A DNA stretch of 64,000 nucleotides from Amoeboaphelidium protococcarum X5. Taxonomy: Eukaryota > Fungi > Aphelidiomycota. This document shows positions 51,058 through 64,000 of this stretch, piece after piece; position 1 is the first letter of the stretch; each line of letters opens with the position of its first letter. The stretch is taken from contig JALDTO010000235.1 of NCBI GenBank assembly GCA_023515725.1, positions 584,597 through 648,596 on the forward strand, read 5' to 3'. The notes under the pieces were generated by a model. It was not told the origin of the DNA. It did no database searches and worked only from the letters and a program-made list of their open reading frames with translations. The position numbers and the translations under genes are program-made.

Positions 51058-53653
51058 ATGGGATCAGAAGGCATAAAGATGGAACTCGTGCATGAGAACA
51101 GCTAGAACGCGTCTCATAATACAGTTAATTATAGAAAGTAGGAATATATTGCTAGATAAGTATTTTGAATGTTTTTATTTCATCTATGGTAGTCTATTGC
51201 GAAGTAATAAATCGCGCGGCTAGTATCGCCTCAGGAATCGCAACAAACGCGTCATGAGTGCTGAACTGGAAGTGGATGGATTTGAATTTGAAAGCAATAA
51301 TGAGGATGTGGAGCATGACATTGAATTAATTATAGAAGCTGACGCCATGCTAAGTAGCGACTCTGAAGTGGATGACGATAATGATGAAGGAGACAGCGAC
51401 GTATTGCCATAAGAGAACGAGGACGACGCAGCGGGCGATGGCGACCAATCTGACATTCAGTCCGATTTAGAGTATTTGGAGTAATTCGTGTAGGCAAGTG
51501 ATGTCTTAGATTCCAGTTTATCAATGCTGGATATGCATAAAGATTTCAGCGCCGCCGGTGATAAGGGTCACTATTCTGCTTCTGATGCAGATGACGATGA
51601 GGACGACGATGATGATAATGAGAGCGCCGCCTCTTTTCACTTGAATGGTGGACACAACTCTTTTGGCTCAGGTGCCAATAGACATCAGCGATCCAAGAGT
51701 ATGGAGACTGATATTTTGCCTTATACGCATCAGTTGAATGATATTTGCTTGTTGGCTCATGACAATTCGTACGCTGATGTATAGAGGCTGGAAGATGAGT
51801 TTTGTAAGGATTTTACGTGTTGTGGACGCGTTCTCGCCGACATGCATGAACTGCTGCAGCATTATGAAGAGCATCATGTGCTCATTGAAGATTCCGATTA
51901 TAACAGCAGTGGTAATGAGGACAGGCAGTAATACATCACGCTCAGCTCAGCTTTGCCGCATGGAGGTCGGTACTTTTCTGAGGATGAGAAGGATTTCCTT
52001 CAGTCAGATCTGTGCCACGACTTGATTGATGAGGTGCTTGAGGAGCATTCAGATTCTGAGTTGCAAGATATGTTTAGATAGTACGTCAATCCCTCATAGC
52101 TCGGTAATTGCTCGTAGGTGGGCTTTCAGCAACATCTTTCTGCTTTCGAGAACTCTGTTGTCACCCGAGTAGGTAGTAAGCGCAGCATTCGCAGATCCAA
52201 TAATCCATTGATTTGTATTGTTGGTGAAGTGGAAGATGATTTGGGTCTGAAAGCTTTGGAGGAGGCGTAGGAGGAGATTGCGCGTAATAACAAGAGACTA
52301 AGGATGATGAGCGATATTGTTGGTCCGGGACAAGGTGACTCTTGTGACGACGAAGATTTCAATGGCATCGATGAAGTGACTGTTGGAATTTTATGTAAAG
52401 AGGATGGTAGTATAGATGGTACAGGCGCTGAGGGCGATGAGTAAGCTTGTAGCGACTGTGATGATCCAGATGCCGCTGGCAAAGATGCGGCCAAGAATGG
52501 TCGAAAGATACGCGACGCGCCTCAGTTCTATGATGAGGATGGTAATCGTATTGAGAAGCCTTACAAATGCTAGCATCCAAATTGCGATAAAGCGTATAAG
52601 AACGCCAATGGTCTCAAGTATCACAAGATGCATGGTCATTGTGGAAAAGAAGAAGATGAAGCAGATGCTGCCACTCGATTATTGAAGCCTTACGTGTGTT
52701 CATTCGAGACTTGCCACAAACGATATAAGAACTTGAACGGGCTCAAGTATCATATTGAGAAAACACATCAAGTGCAGAAGTAGGAGGCTAATAAGATTGC
52801 TACTCAGATTGTGCGGTAGACTAATTTGGAGTTGGGCATTCCAATGAAGACGCCGTTCACTTCTGCTAGGAAGGATGGTTAAACTGATCTGGATACCGAT
52901 GATGGCGCAAGTGGGTGCGATGTGTAGAGTAAAAAGTATGAGCGATACACTAATTATCGATCACCGGTCTCGTCTCCTTTATTCAAGTCTGCAACCAACT
53001 TGGCTCAGAGTAATCTGTTCAAAAGTCTATTTAGTGCCGCTCTGCAAAAGACCCAGGCGAAGACTTTGCAAGCGGATAGCAGCTCTTCTAACGCCACTTC
53101 ATCAGCGGCTGGAAGTAGGAATGACGTGAAGCCGGCATTGAATGCGGATGTTCCACTCAAGACACCTCCCACTACTCCTGCACAAGTCAGTAAATCCAGT
53201 CCTCCTGCTGTTGATATATCTAAAGCTAGACTTGCTGCACCGCCATTAAATCTGAATGCCGCGAACCAGTTGTTGAATTAAAATAGCCAGTCACAAGCAC
53301 AGAAGGCTAGTGTTGCTCTTCCTCCGCTCACGAATATCGCTCCTTTAAATGCATACTCTGCTGCCACTGTTCTAGCTTAGAATCCATCATATCTGTAAGC
53401 TATCACTACTACTAATCTACTGGAAATGGCGCGAAAATAGCCTGCATTGTTTTAATAAAATTTGAAATTGGCGCAGACTGTGGTCGCTAGTCTACACTAA
53501 TAAAAGAAGTAGCAGCTATAGTAATAATAATAGTAGTAATAGTAGTAACTGTTATAGTAGTAGAAACCTTAGTAATAACTGCCTTAGGCCGCATCGTAAG
53601 GTAACACTTCTACTAAGCAAGATGCTGCTTAATCGCAGTAAGAATAAAAGTGA
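51058..53653 (+). CDS. SFP1: Split zinc-finger transcription factor Sfp1/JAZF1-like
   Basis: EFCKDFTCCGRVLADMHELLQHYEEHH, EKPYKC...KAYKNANGLKYHKMHGHC, KPYVC...KRYKNLNGLKYH and a poly-Q tail. Probable intron 51138-51192. Confidence 0.88.
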
Positions 53654-53798
53654 AATGTAAAAACATTGTTTGAAATGAGTTTATACTGGCATTTTGTTTA
53701 GACTTTACATAAAGCCATACCAAGATAATCAGTTTATAACGCGAAATCTATAAGTGTTTTCATAAGGTATCACAATTTCATTGATCATCATCAGTTGA

Positions 53799-54165
53799 TC
53801 AATCAACAATCTTGCCGAGGATATCGCTCTCGCGGAACAACTGCAGTTCTTCACTGTTCACCTTCACAGTCTATCCGCCGTTGGATGGTAGAACCACCTT
53901 ATCACCCTCTTTAAGGGACATTGCGACGCGTTATCCAGTCTAATTATTCACACTTCCCGGTCCAACTGCAAGCACAAGTCCCTCATTCAGGGCCTCTTGT
54001 GCCTTCTCAGGAATGTAAATTCCACTGGCAGTCTTCTCTGGAGCCTTTACGCGACGAACGAGCACGCGATCCAACAACGGTACCAACTTCTTTGCAGATG
54101 ACTACACACATGTACACGCGCGATATTACATATATAGATTGTCCATTTAATTATAATCTTACCAT
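53799..54165 (-). CDS. HSP10: Mitochondrial co-chaperonin Hsp10
   Basis: [12 protein letters not shown]...[13 protein letters not shown]...VLAVGPG...LFRESDILG. The first coding exon is the ATG alone, followed by intron 54102-54162. Confidence 0.95.
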
Positions 54166-54329
54166 ATTAGCTAGATACTTATAAAGTAATCAAGAATGAG
54201 TTTAAATGTAAACAACAAATCACCAAGATATAAAAAGGTGTGATCGAGGCAACAGCTATTATGCAAACTTTTGAGGACCCGCTCGCTTGGTCGCTCTGCT
54301 CATTGTTGTCGCTTAACCCAAAATCCAAT

Positions 54330-54354
54330 TTTCCATTACGTTCTAGAAGTATCC
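54330..54354. promoter_or_regulatory. Putative heat-shock element in the Hsp10/Hsp60 divergent promoter
   Basis: TTC-n7-TTCtaGAA (inverted nGAAn units) near the middle of the 321-bp spacer. Confidence 0.55.
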
Positions 54355-54486
54355 GCCGCGATAGAATTGGGAAATTTTTTAGGATTGAACCAGCGCGATT
54401 TTCATTTGATCAATAGTTAGTATACGTCAATTGTTTAACTCTCGAATAGATTGATATACGTAATTACGCGATCATATCCTGATAAA

Positions 54487-56148
54487 ATGTTAAAAGTATC
54501 TAAGCGTTATCAACACAAGCTGATTATTTTCGGAGCGGATGGACGCGCTGAACTGGCGAAGGGTGTCGATATTTTGGCCAAGGCTGTGGCTGTCACTCTC
54601 GGTCCAAGAGGAAGGAACGTGTTGATTGAACAGACTTATGGTTCCCCAAAGATCACTAAGGATGGTGTCACCGTGGCCAAGAGTATCGTGCTGGAGGACA
54701 AGTTTTAGAATCTGGGTGCGCGATTGGTTCAAGATGTGGCTAACAAGACCAATGAGGCAGCGGGTGATGGTACTACCACTGCGACTGTCTTGACCAGAGC
54801 CATTTTCTTGGAGGGACTGAAGAATGTCGCCTCTGGTGTTAATCCAATTGAGATGCGCCGTGGTGTTCAGGCAGCCGTCGATAAGGTGGTTGAGTTCCTG
54901 TAGGCTAAGAAGAAGGATATTACTACGAGCGCAGAGGTTGCTCAGGTCGCCACCATTTCCGCTAATGGTGATAAACACGTCGGTGATCTGATTGCTCAGG
55001 CTATGGAGAAGGTTGGTAAGGAGGGTGTGATTACCGTTCAGGAAGGCAAAACTTTGGACGACGAGTTGAGTGTCACTGAAGGTATGCGCTTCGATCGCGG
55101 ATTCATCTCTCCATACTTTATCACTGACACCAAGAACTAGAAGGTTGAGTTTGAGAAGCCATACATCCTGCTGAGTGAGAAGAAGATCTCCATGATTCAG
55201 GATATCTTGCCAACTCTGGAGATTAGTGCTCGCGAACGCCGTCCATTGATCATCGTTGCTGAGGATGTTGATGGAGAGGCATTGGCTGCCCTGATCTTGA
55301 ACAAGTTGCGTGGTCAGATCCAGGTTGCAGCTGTAAAGGCTCCAGGTTTCGGTGATAACAGAAAGGCCATTCTGCAAGATTTGGCCGTGTTGACTGGTGG
55401 TCAGGTGTTTTCTGAGGAGCTTGATATGAAATTGGAGAAGGTTGAGCCTCACATGCTGGGCACAACTGGATCTGTGACCGTGACTAAGGATGATACGATC
55501 CTACTGAACGGTAACGGTGATAAGAGTGCTCTGAATGCTCGCTGTGAACAGCTGCGTTCCCTGATTGGCGAGACCAGCTCCGAGTATGAGAAGGAGAAGT
55601 TGCAGGAGCGTCTGGCTAAACTGTCTGGTGGTGTCGCTGTCATCAAGGTTGGTGGTGCCAGCGAAGTTGAGGTTGGCGAGAAGAAGGATCGCTTCGTTGA
55701 TGCTTTGAATGCTACGCGTGCGGCTGTTGAGGAAGGTATTGTGCCTGGTGGTGGTGTGGCTCTATTGAAGGCTACCAAGGTGCTTGAATCGCTGAAATTG
55801 GACACTTTCGATCAGAACCTGGGTGTAGAGCTGGTGCGCAAAGCTATCACATACCCTGCTCGCACCATTGTTGATAATGCTGGTATGGAAGGATCTGTGG
55901 TTGTCGGCAAGATTTTGGAGAATGCTGACCAGTTTGAGTATGGATTCAATGCCGCCACTGGAGAATACACCGACATGATTAAGGCTGGTGTTATCGACCC
56001 TTTGAAGGTTGTTCGCACGGCCTTGGTGGACTCTAGTGGTGTCGCATCACTTTTGAGTACGAGTGAGTGCATGATCGTGGATGCTCCTAAGAAGGATGAG
56101 CCAATGCCTCCTATGGGTGGTGGAATGGGCATGGGTATGGGCATGTGA
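54487..56148 (+). CDS. HSP60: Mitochondrial chaperonin Hsp60
   Basis: [49 protein letters not shown] and a GGM tail. Confidence 0.98.
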
Positions 56149-56694
56149 TTGAGGTGTCGATAAAATTAATTACCTTTAACGCGTTATAATTAACTGATAA
56201 CGATATGAACGCAATAAAGTATTGATATAGAATTGATAATATGTAATTATGCATTTGAACTTTATTTTCAAGGTAAGAATGCAACAAATGACCACCACAA
56301 CCGTTCTGCGGGCTGTTCTCACGACTTTGATCTCGCGCGCTTTAAAGGCAATAATCATCAATTCTAGTAGGGAACTGCTTTATATTAGATATTCCTGTGG
56401 AAGGCACAGATAAAATTTTCTGCGGTTATAACTGGCCGTCTTCTATCTCTGAATGATAGAACAACACTAAACGGATAAGAGGTCAGTTGATAAACGCACT
56501 ATCTTAAATCCCGACAAGGTGGCACAGTTGTTGCGGTACTGCTTTGTGCACCACTTAAAAACATAGCGTGATATTGGAATATTTTACACTCACTTTACGT
56601 GCTCAACAGTTTTTTTCACAAATAGACAAATACAGATATAAATTTCTTCATCCCTAGCATTCAAGACCCGGTCAATAATACGCATTAATCAATT

Positions 56695-57459
56695 TCAATT
56701 CTTATTCAAGTTGCCCAAAGAACCTTGAGAGACAGGCTAGCGCTTAACACCAAAATTGATACCACTCTGGGTCGCACCTCTTTCCGCTGCAGCTTTTCCA
56801 GACTGATATCCCTACACGAACTTTAGGTTTGGCAATCAACAAATTTGATTAAAATATCGATATAATGAATCTTACGGATTACTGAGAGGGGATGTTCTTG
56901 CCAGCATTCAATTGTTCATCACTGAATGAGACTTCATGTTTATCCGCCAACTTGGGTCCTAATTGCGGCAACAACGGCTTTCCTACATTAACAAAGTCAT
57001 AAATACCACCATGTTACGTCTATGAAATACAATATCAATAGCCATACCATTATCACTCAGATACTTCTAAGAATGTCTAGCAAAACTGTAAATAGCAAGT
57101 AAGACTGCCAGCTTGTTCTTCTTCTCGTACAGATCAACAGTCTGGAATGACTCGTGTTTCGGAATGCCCAACAGCTCGTGGCTCTTATTCAGGAAATTGG
57201 CAATATTCTCCATCTACTGGAACGGCATTTAGGACTTGTTAATCTTGGCAGTGTTAGGTACCACCTTGTTCAGCAACTTTAATAGAACCACGCCGTCTTT
57301 CAAGCCATCCAGAAAATCCCCTTAAGTGAACACCTTCTCACCCAGCACATTCTCAATCCACTCTTTAGCATCCTGCTCTTGGTTGAGATCATACTTGGAA
57401 TCTTACTTCTCGGCCAGTTCCCTATCCAAACCATACAAAGGAGTCTTCATTGAAGGCAT
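56695..57459 (-). CDS. Calponin/transgelin (Scp1-like) actin-binding protein
   Basis: LYGLDRELAEK..SKYD, LKDGVVL, FQQMENIANFL, FQTVDLYEKKN, LGPKLADK, GATQSGINFG. Two introns. Confidence 0.9.
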
Positions 57460-57805
57460 TCTAACAATTATTTAGCGATTACAGTAACACAACACTCAAA
57501 AACTGAGATACAAACAGAGAAGTAATTGAACGGAGATCACGCCACCACAACAGGGAGAGAAACAATGTTTGACGCTTCAAAATGGTTTTGAAACGGGACG
57601 AGATTTTGAACGTCAAATCTGGCTGAAATTATATTGAAGGGGAGACCTTTATAGAAACACGGCCAATCTTTGTGGCCTAAAACTCTCGCCTTATCGATCA
57701 AACGTTTCAAGTTAAAATTATACCAACTTTATTCACTAATTCAATCACAAGTAATAACTTCATAAAGCTATCAATCCCACTACACATTAGAAGATGAATG
57801 GACGC

Positions 57806-58873
57806 TCACATCAAACCAGTATCTCTTAGATTCTTCTAAATGATGATATCCGTCACTGCAGCCATGACAAACTTGATTTGAGCAGTATCGGTAGCACAGG
57901 TGAAGTGAGCATAAATCTGCTTAGTTTGCGGAGACTTGTTCAACTCGACAAACTTATTCAGAAGGAACGCACTGGCCTACTCATAACTGTCACCACCAGA
58001 AAAGTCTGAAAAGTAGTCAGACAGCGGACTCTTGGTCAACTTCTCTTTAAACAAATCAATCTTGTTCAAAAAGAGAATCATACTAGTATTGGCAAACCAT
58101 TTAGAATTGCAAATAGAGTCAAACAGAGTCAAGGCCTCCTGGATACGATTCACAGTCTCATCTTCAATCAGAGTCTGGTCATACTCAGAAATGGCAGCCA
58201 GAAAAATGACTGCAGTCACATTTTCAAAGCAGTGAATCCACTTCTTACGCTCAGAACGTTGTCCGCCCACGTCAAACATACGGTAAATCAACTGATCGAT
58301 TTTAAAGGTGGTCTCAATGATACCCGTAGTCTTGACACGACTATGCAGAATATCCTGGTCAGAAGGGGCATAACCTGCAGCACAAATGCGGTCAATATTG
58401 TCAAAGTAGTACTTGGCAGAGTCATTCAGCTGATACTCCTTCTTTCTAGCGAATGCCTTCTACACTCCAGCATCAGTCCAGAGAGCCTTGATAGCGTCAG
58501 CAATCTCCTTTGGCATCTGCTCAGTACCTTCCAACTGAGGAGGCAGCTCAAGGATAACAGAGGCGTGCTTCTTGTTAGACTCGCCAGACAATTCAATTTT
58601 GAGCACCTCCATAGCTTCCAGGATCACCTTCATGGACTGTGAAACATTGGAGAAAATGATCTCCTTGTACGATTCTCTCTCCTGAGCATTGTAACCACTA
58701 CCATGAATCAGCTGCATCTATTTAAGAATAGTCGACTTGCCAGATTCACCAGCACCAAGGAGCAACATCTTGACCTCATTCTTCATTGCAGCCTTCTACG
58801 CCTTCAGATCCTTTTCAATTTCTGCATTCTTTGCAGCCTGCTCAGCAGAGTCCTTACTAATACAAATTCCCAT
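57806..58873 (-). CDS. Heterotrimeric G protein alpha subunit
   Basis: [55 protein letters not shown]. Intronless, 355 aa. Confidence 0.97.
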
Positions 58874-59625
58874 TTCTCAATACTCAAATTCACTGAATGA
58901 TATGTGCTAATATAAATCAAAATTATCAATTACAACGTATATACAGTCAACTCTTTGAACTGATAGTTATAAACTCTAAATGTGCTAATAGCAGACAGGA
59001 TGTGTACAAATATATCAGCCAGAATAAATAACAATCGTTTCAAGTTTCGAAACCAATTCGGAATGTTCGTTCTTTCTCGCAAATTAACTGACTGGACTGT
59101 GCTTTCTTTCAACTGGTGAGCGAGTGGAGAGAGATCAAGCGCCTGTTTGTTTCTGTTTCTATTCTTCTTCGCCGTCGCCGTCCTCTTTCGGTGTTTCAGA
59201 GCGCAATCTCCTTGATGATGGTGGTGATGATGATGACGAGCGTTGTTTAGCTTGACAAAATCAGCTCACTATAAGTGCTTGGCAACCAGTATCTATACAG
59301 TTGCTATTTAGTAATAAAGTTAAAATCATATATTGTTATTAACTGACCTTGATTATATTTTGGATCTAGACGTGATTCTTTCAACATCAGTATTCATCAT
59401 GCGTTCTTGCAATAATTGTTGATACGTGTGATATTCTATACGGCTCTCAAGAAATTAGTATTGTTTCATTCCGTGGTAGTTATCGTGTTCGTTTGTATTT
59501 ATTTCCCAAACATTCTTATCTACACTCGACAATTTCATGCCCGATTGCTCTTTTACTAAAGGAGATTTTAAATCACACACTCGCTTTCCTTCAATTATTG
59601 AAAAAGCATTTCGTGATATAAAGTA

Positions 59626-60237
59626 ATGGTCGTGCTTGGACTATAGTTATCAGCGCGATTTGATTGCATTTAGAGCATAGAGGTTCCCAATGACTTTGAG
59701 TTTATGTTGAGTGTAATATTAAATCTTCATAATAGTTCTAGACAACATCAATCTAATACCGCCTTATGTAGATCTAATGCACTTCATGTCGCGAGGTCCA
59801 TTCAAGTCAAGTCGGAGTGAATCGCAATGATACAGTGGCAATCCCGAATTCAAAGGGCGAAGCTAATCTAGTTATGAAATGCAAATTTTGTTCTCAGTTG
59901 ATGAATTTAAGTAAGATACAGTTATATTGATGTAGTTACCACTAATTAGCCTCGTTTGGATGAAAAATATGACTTTGTAGATTTCCTCGATAAGACTCAA
60001 GTGTACATGAATGAAGATGCCGAACAGGCCTCATTCAAGACTTTAGCATCAGCAGAATGTAGAAACATGGAAATTAAAGATTGGCATCTTACAGAAGGAT
60101 TCAAAGTCACCTGCGAGTCTGGTCATGTATTTGATAATGTGGATCTTAGTGAAGACTTTGCAGATTATGACGAGACTGGCAATTGTCCAGTGGAAATTAC
60201 AGAAATCAGAACCCAAATTGTTAAAGTGAAGAGCTGA
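59626..60237 (+). CDS. CXXC zinc-binding protein DUF866 (CZIB/C1orf123-like)
   Basis: IQCTSCREVH, SKGEANLVMKCKFC, AECRNME, ESGHVFDNVDLSEDFADYDE. Two introns. Confidence 0.85.
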
Positions 60238-60326
60238 TGATCATAAACTGTGGAAGTTTGAAGACATTTATAATTTCTCTTACGCTAATACCATTCAGAA
60301 CATCCATTATCAAAGCATACGTAAGA

Positions 60327-61892
60327 TCAAAAGTACACGCGCAATCCCTGTCCAACTGTGCACTCTTGCGGACAATAAGGGCATTTCAATTTAGCATTAA
60401 TGTTGACGCCTGCAAATAAATCACGTTCCCGTTCCCTTCTCATTCTTAGTTGATTCTCACTCTCACCTCCAGTCACTACTTGATCACCTGGCGGCTAGTT
60501 GGTAGTATTATCGCTTGTACCCGCCGCGCTGGCTGAAAGAGGAGTTGCAGATGTCAATGTGGTAGTCTAAGCTGGAATCTGAGCACCTGTCCGTCCTTTC
60601 ATCGCAACTCTGACCAGACTATCCAAAGAGAGAACGTGGCCACAAGGTAGCATCATTGGAGGATTCAAGTCACTGGTCTGCTCACGAGACACTGGACAGG
60701 CGAACACGGAATGATATCTCTTGGATTTGGGCAACGGCAGCTCAACAGGCAGCACATCACTCACCGTCGTCCATAACTGTCCATTGTCTTCTCCTTCATC
60801 TACAGATGATGTTCCTGCATTTTGCTAGTCGGCCCGCTTCTTCTTACTAGACTTCATTCCCTCATCAATGACAGTTCTTAGTTTCACCAGAATAGGGATT
60901 GAATTAACACCAACGTCCACAACATTGAATAGTGGAGATTCCTGAGACATTCCAATGAGGGAGCAAAAGTCGCGCACAAAGCTAATCTTTAAATTCTCAA
61001 GTTTTGATGCAATATGAGCAGATTTTGGATTCTTATCATCTAAAGCCACAGCAGGTGATGTCAGCAGAAAGTTGTATGGATTCTTGATCTTTGTAAGAGG
61101 ACTCGCAATTCCGCTATTGACAAAGTATTGCATGCTGTAAGACACCGCCACTGCGCCCATTAATTTTCCAATCTCTTTGCCATACTACTGGCCATAAACG
61201 CCAAGATCTTTTTAAGCGTACTTCAAAGCCATCAAGAACTGATTTCCATCATCATCCATGAATTTTGATTAATTATGAGCTTGAGTGTTGGCACCAGAGA
61301 GATAAAGCAGAAATTGCATTCTACGCAGCTAAAACTCCAATCCACTACCTTTCTAATCCAACTAATCTTGATGTTCATGAGCCCATTAAATCGCACTCTG
61401 CAAATCTCCCTTCTCCATACTCTCAATGATGCTGTACAGCTTTCCAAACTGCACCCTGATAGTCTCCTGCTCAGTCAACAACCGGTCATCTACGGCACCG
61501 CCTTCCATATCTCTCAGCATATCGTTATTTAACACCTAGCATATATCAAAGAGTCCTTCTCTGACCATATGTAGAGAGACTGCATAGTCTATAAACTTAT
61601 AACCAGCTGGGAATAGTTCGGATCTAAAAGCAGCATCAAGATCATTAGAGCTAAACTTTTTGTCTACAGCCTTCTGCAACTTTGATAAACTACCATAATA
61701 ATCCTTCTGATGGCTGGTTATATTGGCCGATATATCCTTCACTACCTTTGCTGTCTACGACGCAACTTATGCCGGTTAATTGCGTGCCTGATTAAATGAC
61801 GCAATCAAAGTGTCCACCTCTTCAACACAGTTCTTGTGAAATTACTTATGCTTCTTTAAAACTTTTTCTATCTCCTTATCCACAACCTCCAT
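60327..61892 (-). CDS. RMD5: GID/CTLH E3 ligase RING subunit Rmd5/Gid2 (RMND5)
   Basis: LisH/CTLH/CRA region, LPVELPLP...YHSVFACPVSREQTSDLNPPMMLPCGHVLS, FKCPYCP. Confidence 0.92.
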
Positions 61893-62366
61893 TCTATTAA
61901 AAGATTATATTTTTTAAATGAGTTTAATACAATATGTGTTCAGTGCAGTCAGAGTAACGAAGAAGTGCAATTAATGAAGCGTTGAATGAAAGAGAAAAGA
62001 ATTCTGAAACAAGAGAAACAGTGGTGGTCGGTCGATATCTTGGGGGAAAGAATGAACTCCTTGTCGAATGATAGTTTGCATTGGACATTGATCAGATTAG
62101 AATAATCAATAATTCATGAAAAGTCTGTTAGAAACGCGTTCTACTGTGACAATTTCAGCATAAGAGACTGGGGAGAATCCGTACTCGCTCGGATCGGTTA
62201 AAAAGATGTTGTCAATGCAATGAGCAACACGGAGAGAAATCAAAGGACGCGTTTTAAGGCGGAATGAAATCCAACTTTTCCTACGACGACCTTCGCTTGA
62301 GAAACCAGTTGTTATCAACTCTCTTTATATTCATTCATTCACTCACCTGGTTATTTTTGAACGATT

Positions 62367-63035
62367 ATGTACTCTCCGACAATGTCGTTACAATCGCTGT
62401 GCATTGCGCTGTTACTCTTAATTGCTGTAGTTAATGGTATCACGTTCGACTTAATGGCGCTGCCTGAAGGTGGCATCACTAATGAACGGTGCTTCTCAAT
62501 GTACATGGCTAAAGACGTTCTGGTAACTGGCTCATTCACGTCAACACCTGGTCAGTACTAGTCGCTGAATGTTGAATTCACAGATGCTGCGGGTAGTGTT
62601 CTGTACAGTAAGAAAGATGCTATTGGTAGTCAGGAGTACAAGTTTAGTTTTACCACTCACGAGTATGCAGATTACATGCTCTGCTTCATTAACAATCTTG
62701 CCCCTGGTATCGCTCCTCAGCCATCATATTTTAGAACCATAACTTTCACCACTAAAACTGGACTGGAGGCTGAATAGTATACGCATCCTTCTGATACTAT
62801 CAATAAGTTGAAACCGTTGGAGGCTGAGCTAAAATACCTGTAAGATGCCATGTAGACCATCGTGAATGAAATGGAGTATTTGAAAGGGCGCGAGGCTCTG
62901 ATGAGAGACACCAACGAATCGACGAATAATCGTGTAAAGTGGTTTAGTGTCGTCAACACACTCATTCTGGTTAGTAGTGGTATCTGGCAGTTGTGGTATT
63001 TGAGAAACTTTTTCCAGACCAAGAAGTTGATGTGA
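62367..63035 (+). CDS. ERV25: p24 cargo receptor, delta subfamily (Erv25/TMED10)
   Basis: Signal peptide, GOLD domain, KLKPLEAEL, EMEYLKGREALMRDTNESTNNRVKWFS, WQLWYLRNFFQTKKLM. Confidence 0.92.
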
Positions 63036-63443
63036 GATTATATGCTGACATTGCTATATACATTCTCAGAATTGTACATTCATTTTATTTACCATTCTTG
63101 AATGTGTTATTCTCTTGTACAAACGATTCTCTTATTTTGTACATTGTCTATAAAATGGCGCTCATGTAGACACTAGGTAAGTTCATTATAAGACAGTACT
63201 ATACGAATGTCCACGCTTACTATAAAAAGTGCCCTGTCATTAGAAGGGCTTTTCTCTCTCTTTTCGCCTATTTCAAAGTGGCGCCCCAACCGAGCGCGTT
63301 TCAACTTGAAATCTCGTCGATTTTTTTAGCTTGAGCCCAATACGTAAGTGTCTGGATTTCCTTTAATTTAAAGTATATTTAGATCAACGTTCATAGTCTT
63401 GGTATATTTTACGTGGTTTTAAGCTTGCTTACAATAGTGAATA

Positions 63444-64000
63444 ATGTCTGGCGTGAAGGCGAAAGAATCTGGAGATAATCTCAATATGTTACAGCAGCAG
63501 CAGCAGTAGTAATAATAATAATAATCTACAAAATTGGACCAATCTGCATACGATGAAGTTGGGAACGAGATGTATGAATCCGCAATGTCTCAAGAAGATG
63601 GCTAAGAAGCTATGAAGTTGCCTAGATTCCTAAGATTTCTCAACTGGTTCAACAACTGGCCTCCTTTGGCGCGCACTTTGGTCTATGTTGTGTTTGGCGG
63701 TGTCATCCTGATGATCCCTGCCGTATGTGACTACCTATTCCTGATCGAAGACAAGAGTGTACCTTTTCTGGAACTTTAGTCAAATGCGAACATTGGTGGG
63801 AGACCGATGATGTTCTGGTTCATCGCTCTGACATGTACCTGGGCTGCGTACTTTCTATCGTCGTGGTTATGGTTGACTGTACCTGTCATTGTGTTGCGAT
63901 TGATTGATCTGCTGTTGGGTAAGTACTACGCTCAGCTGGCCAAGCCTAAGCTTGAATACTTTTAAGTGTTGCGACACTACTTGGCTCTAGTGATTGCCAG
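63444..64000 (+). CDS. Probable MscS-like mechanosensitive channel (Msy1/Msy2-type), 5' part only
   Basis: Poly-Q N-terminus, then TM helices (RTLVYVVFGGVILMIPA, FWFIALTCTWAAY..VPVIVLRLIDLLLG). Runs off the window and the MscS core is not seen. Confidence 0.55.

Noticed and set aside
53495-53580. (TAA/TAG)n arrays as non-coding microsatellites or CRISPR-like repeats
   Set aside because: They lie in frame within Sfp1 and encode poly-Gln, with no repeat-spacer structure.
54490-55452. 320-aa antisense ORF over Hsp60
   Set aside because: It is a shadow ORF produced by the codon bias of a conserved chaperonin and has no recognisable motifs.

Overview
Gene-dense eukaryotic (early-diverging fungal/opisthokont-type) DNA that uses a non-standard nuclear code: TAA and TAG read as Gln and TGA is the only stop. 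This is why the standard-code ORF track is fragmented. The code, the compact genes with short GT-AG introns and the fungal-like gene content fit an aphelid such as Amoeboaphelidium protococcarum (inference). Re-reading by eye with TAR=Gln gives 37 protein-coding genes (the last runs off the window), mostly housekeeping: Ku70, Rbx1, Apc2, condensin G, Fip1, Rpc25, Rpa12, Ubc1, Vta1, Ulp1, Nup155, Vps16, AP-1 sigma, SepH/Cdc7, Sfp1, Hsp10/Hsp60, G-alpha, Gid2 and Erv25. Notable accessory content: (1) a loosely clustered URC1-URC6-URC4 (urg1/2/3) uracil-catabolism module; (2) a secreted bacterial-type alpha/beta hydrolase inside that module; (3) a membrane-anchored GH31 with the full sulfoquinovosidase signature; (4) a PD-(D/E)xK nuclease + kinase fusion of Crinkler-effector type; (5) an orphan protein with an ADP-ribosyltransferase-like signature; (6) a eukaryotic FtsX/MacB-type permease; (7) an in-frame TGA at a conserved Trp of Ulp1; (8) a recurrent intergenic CGTTTCA motif. 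All coordinates and family calls come from manual reading and no database searches were run.
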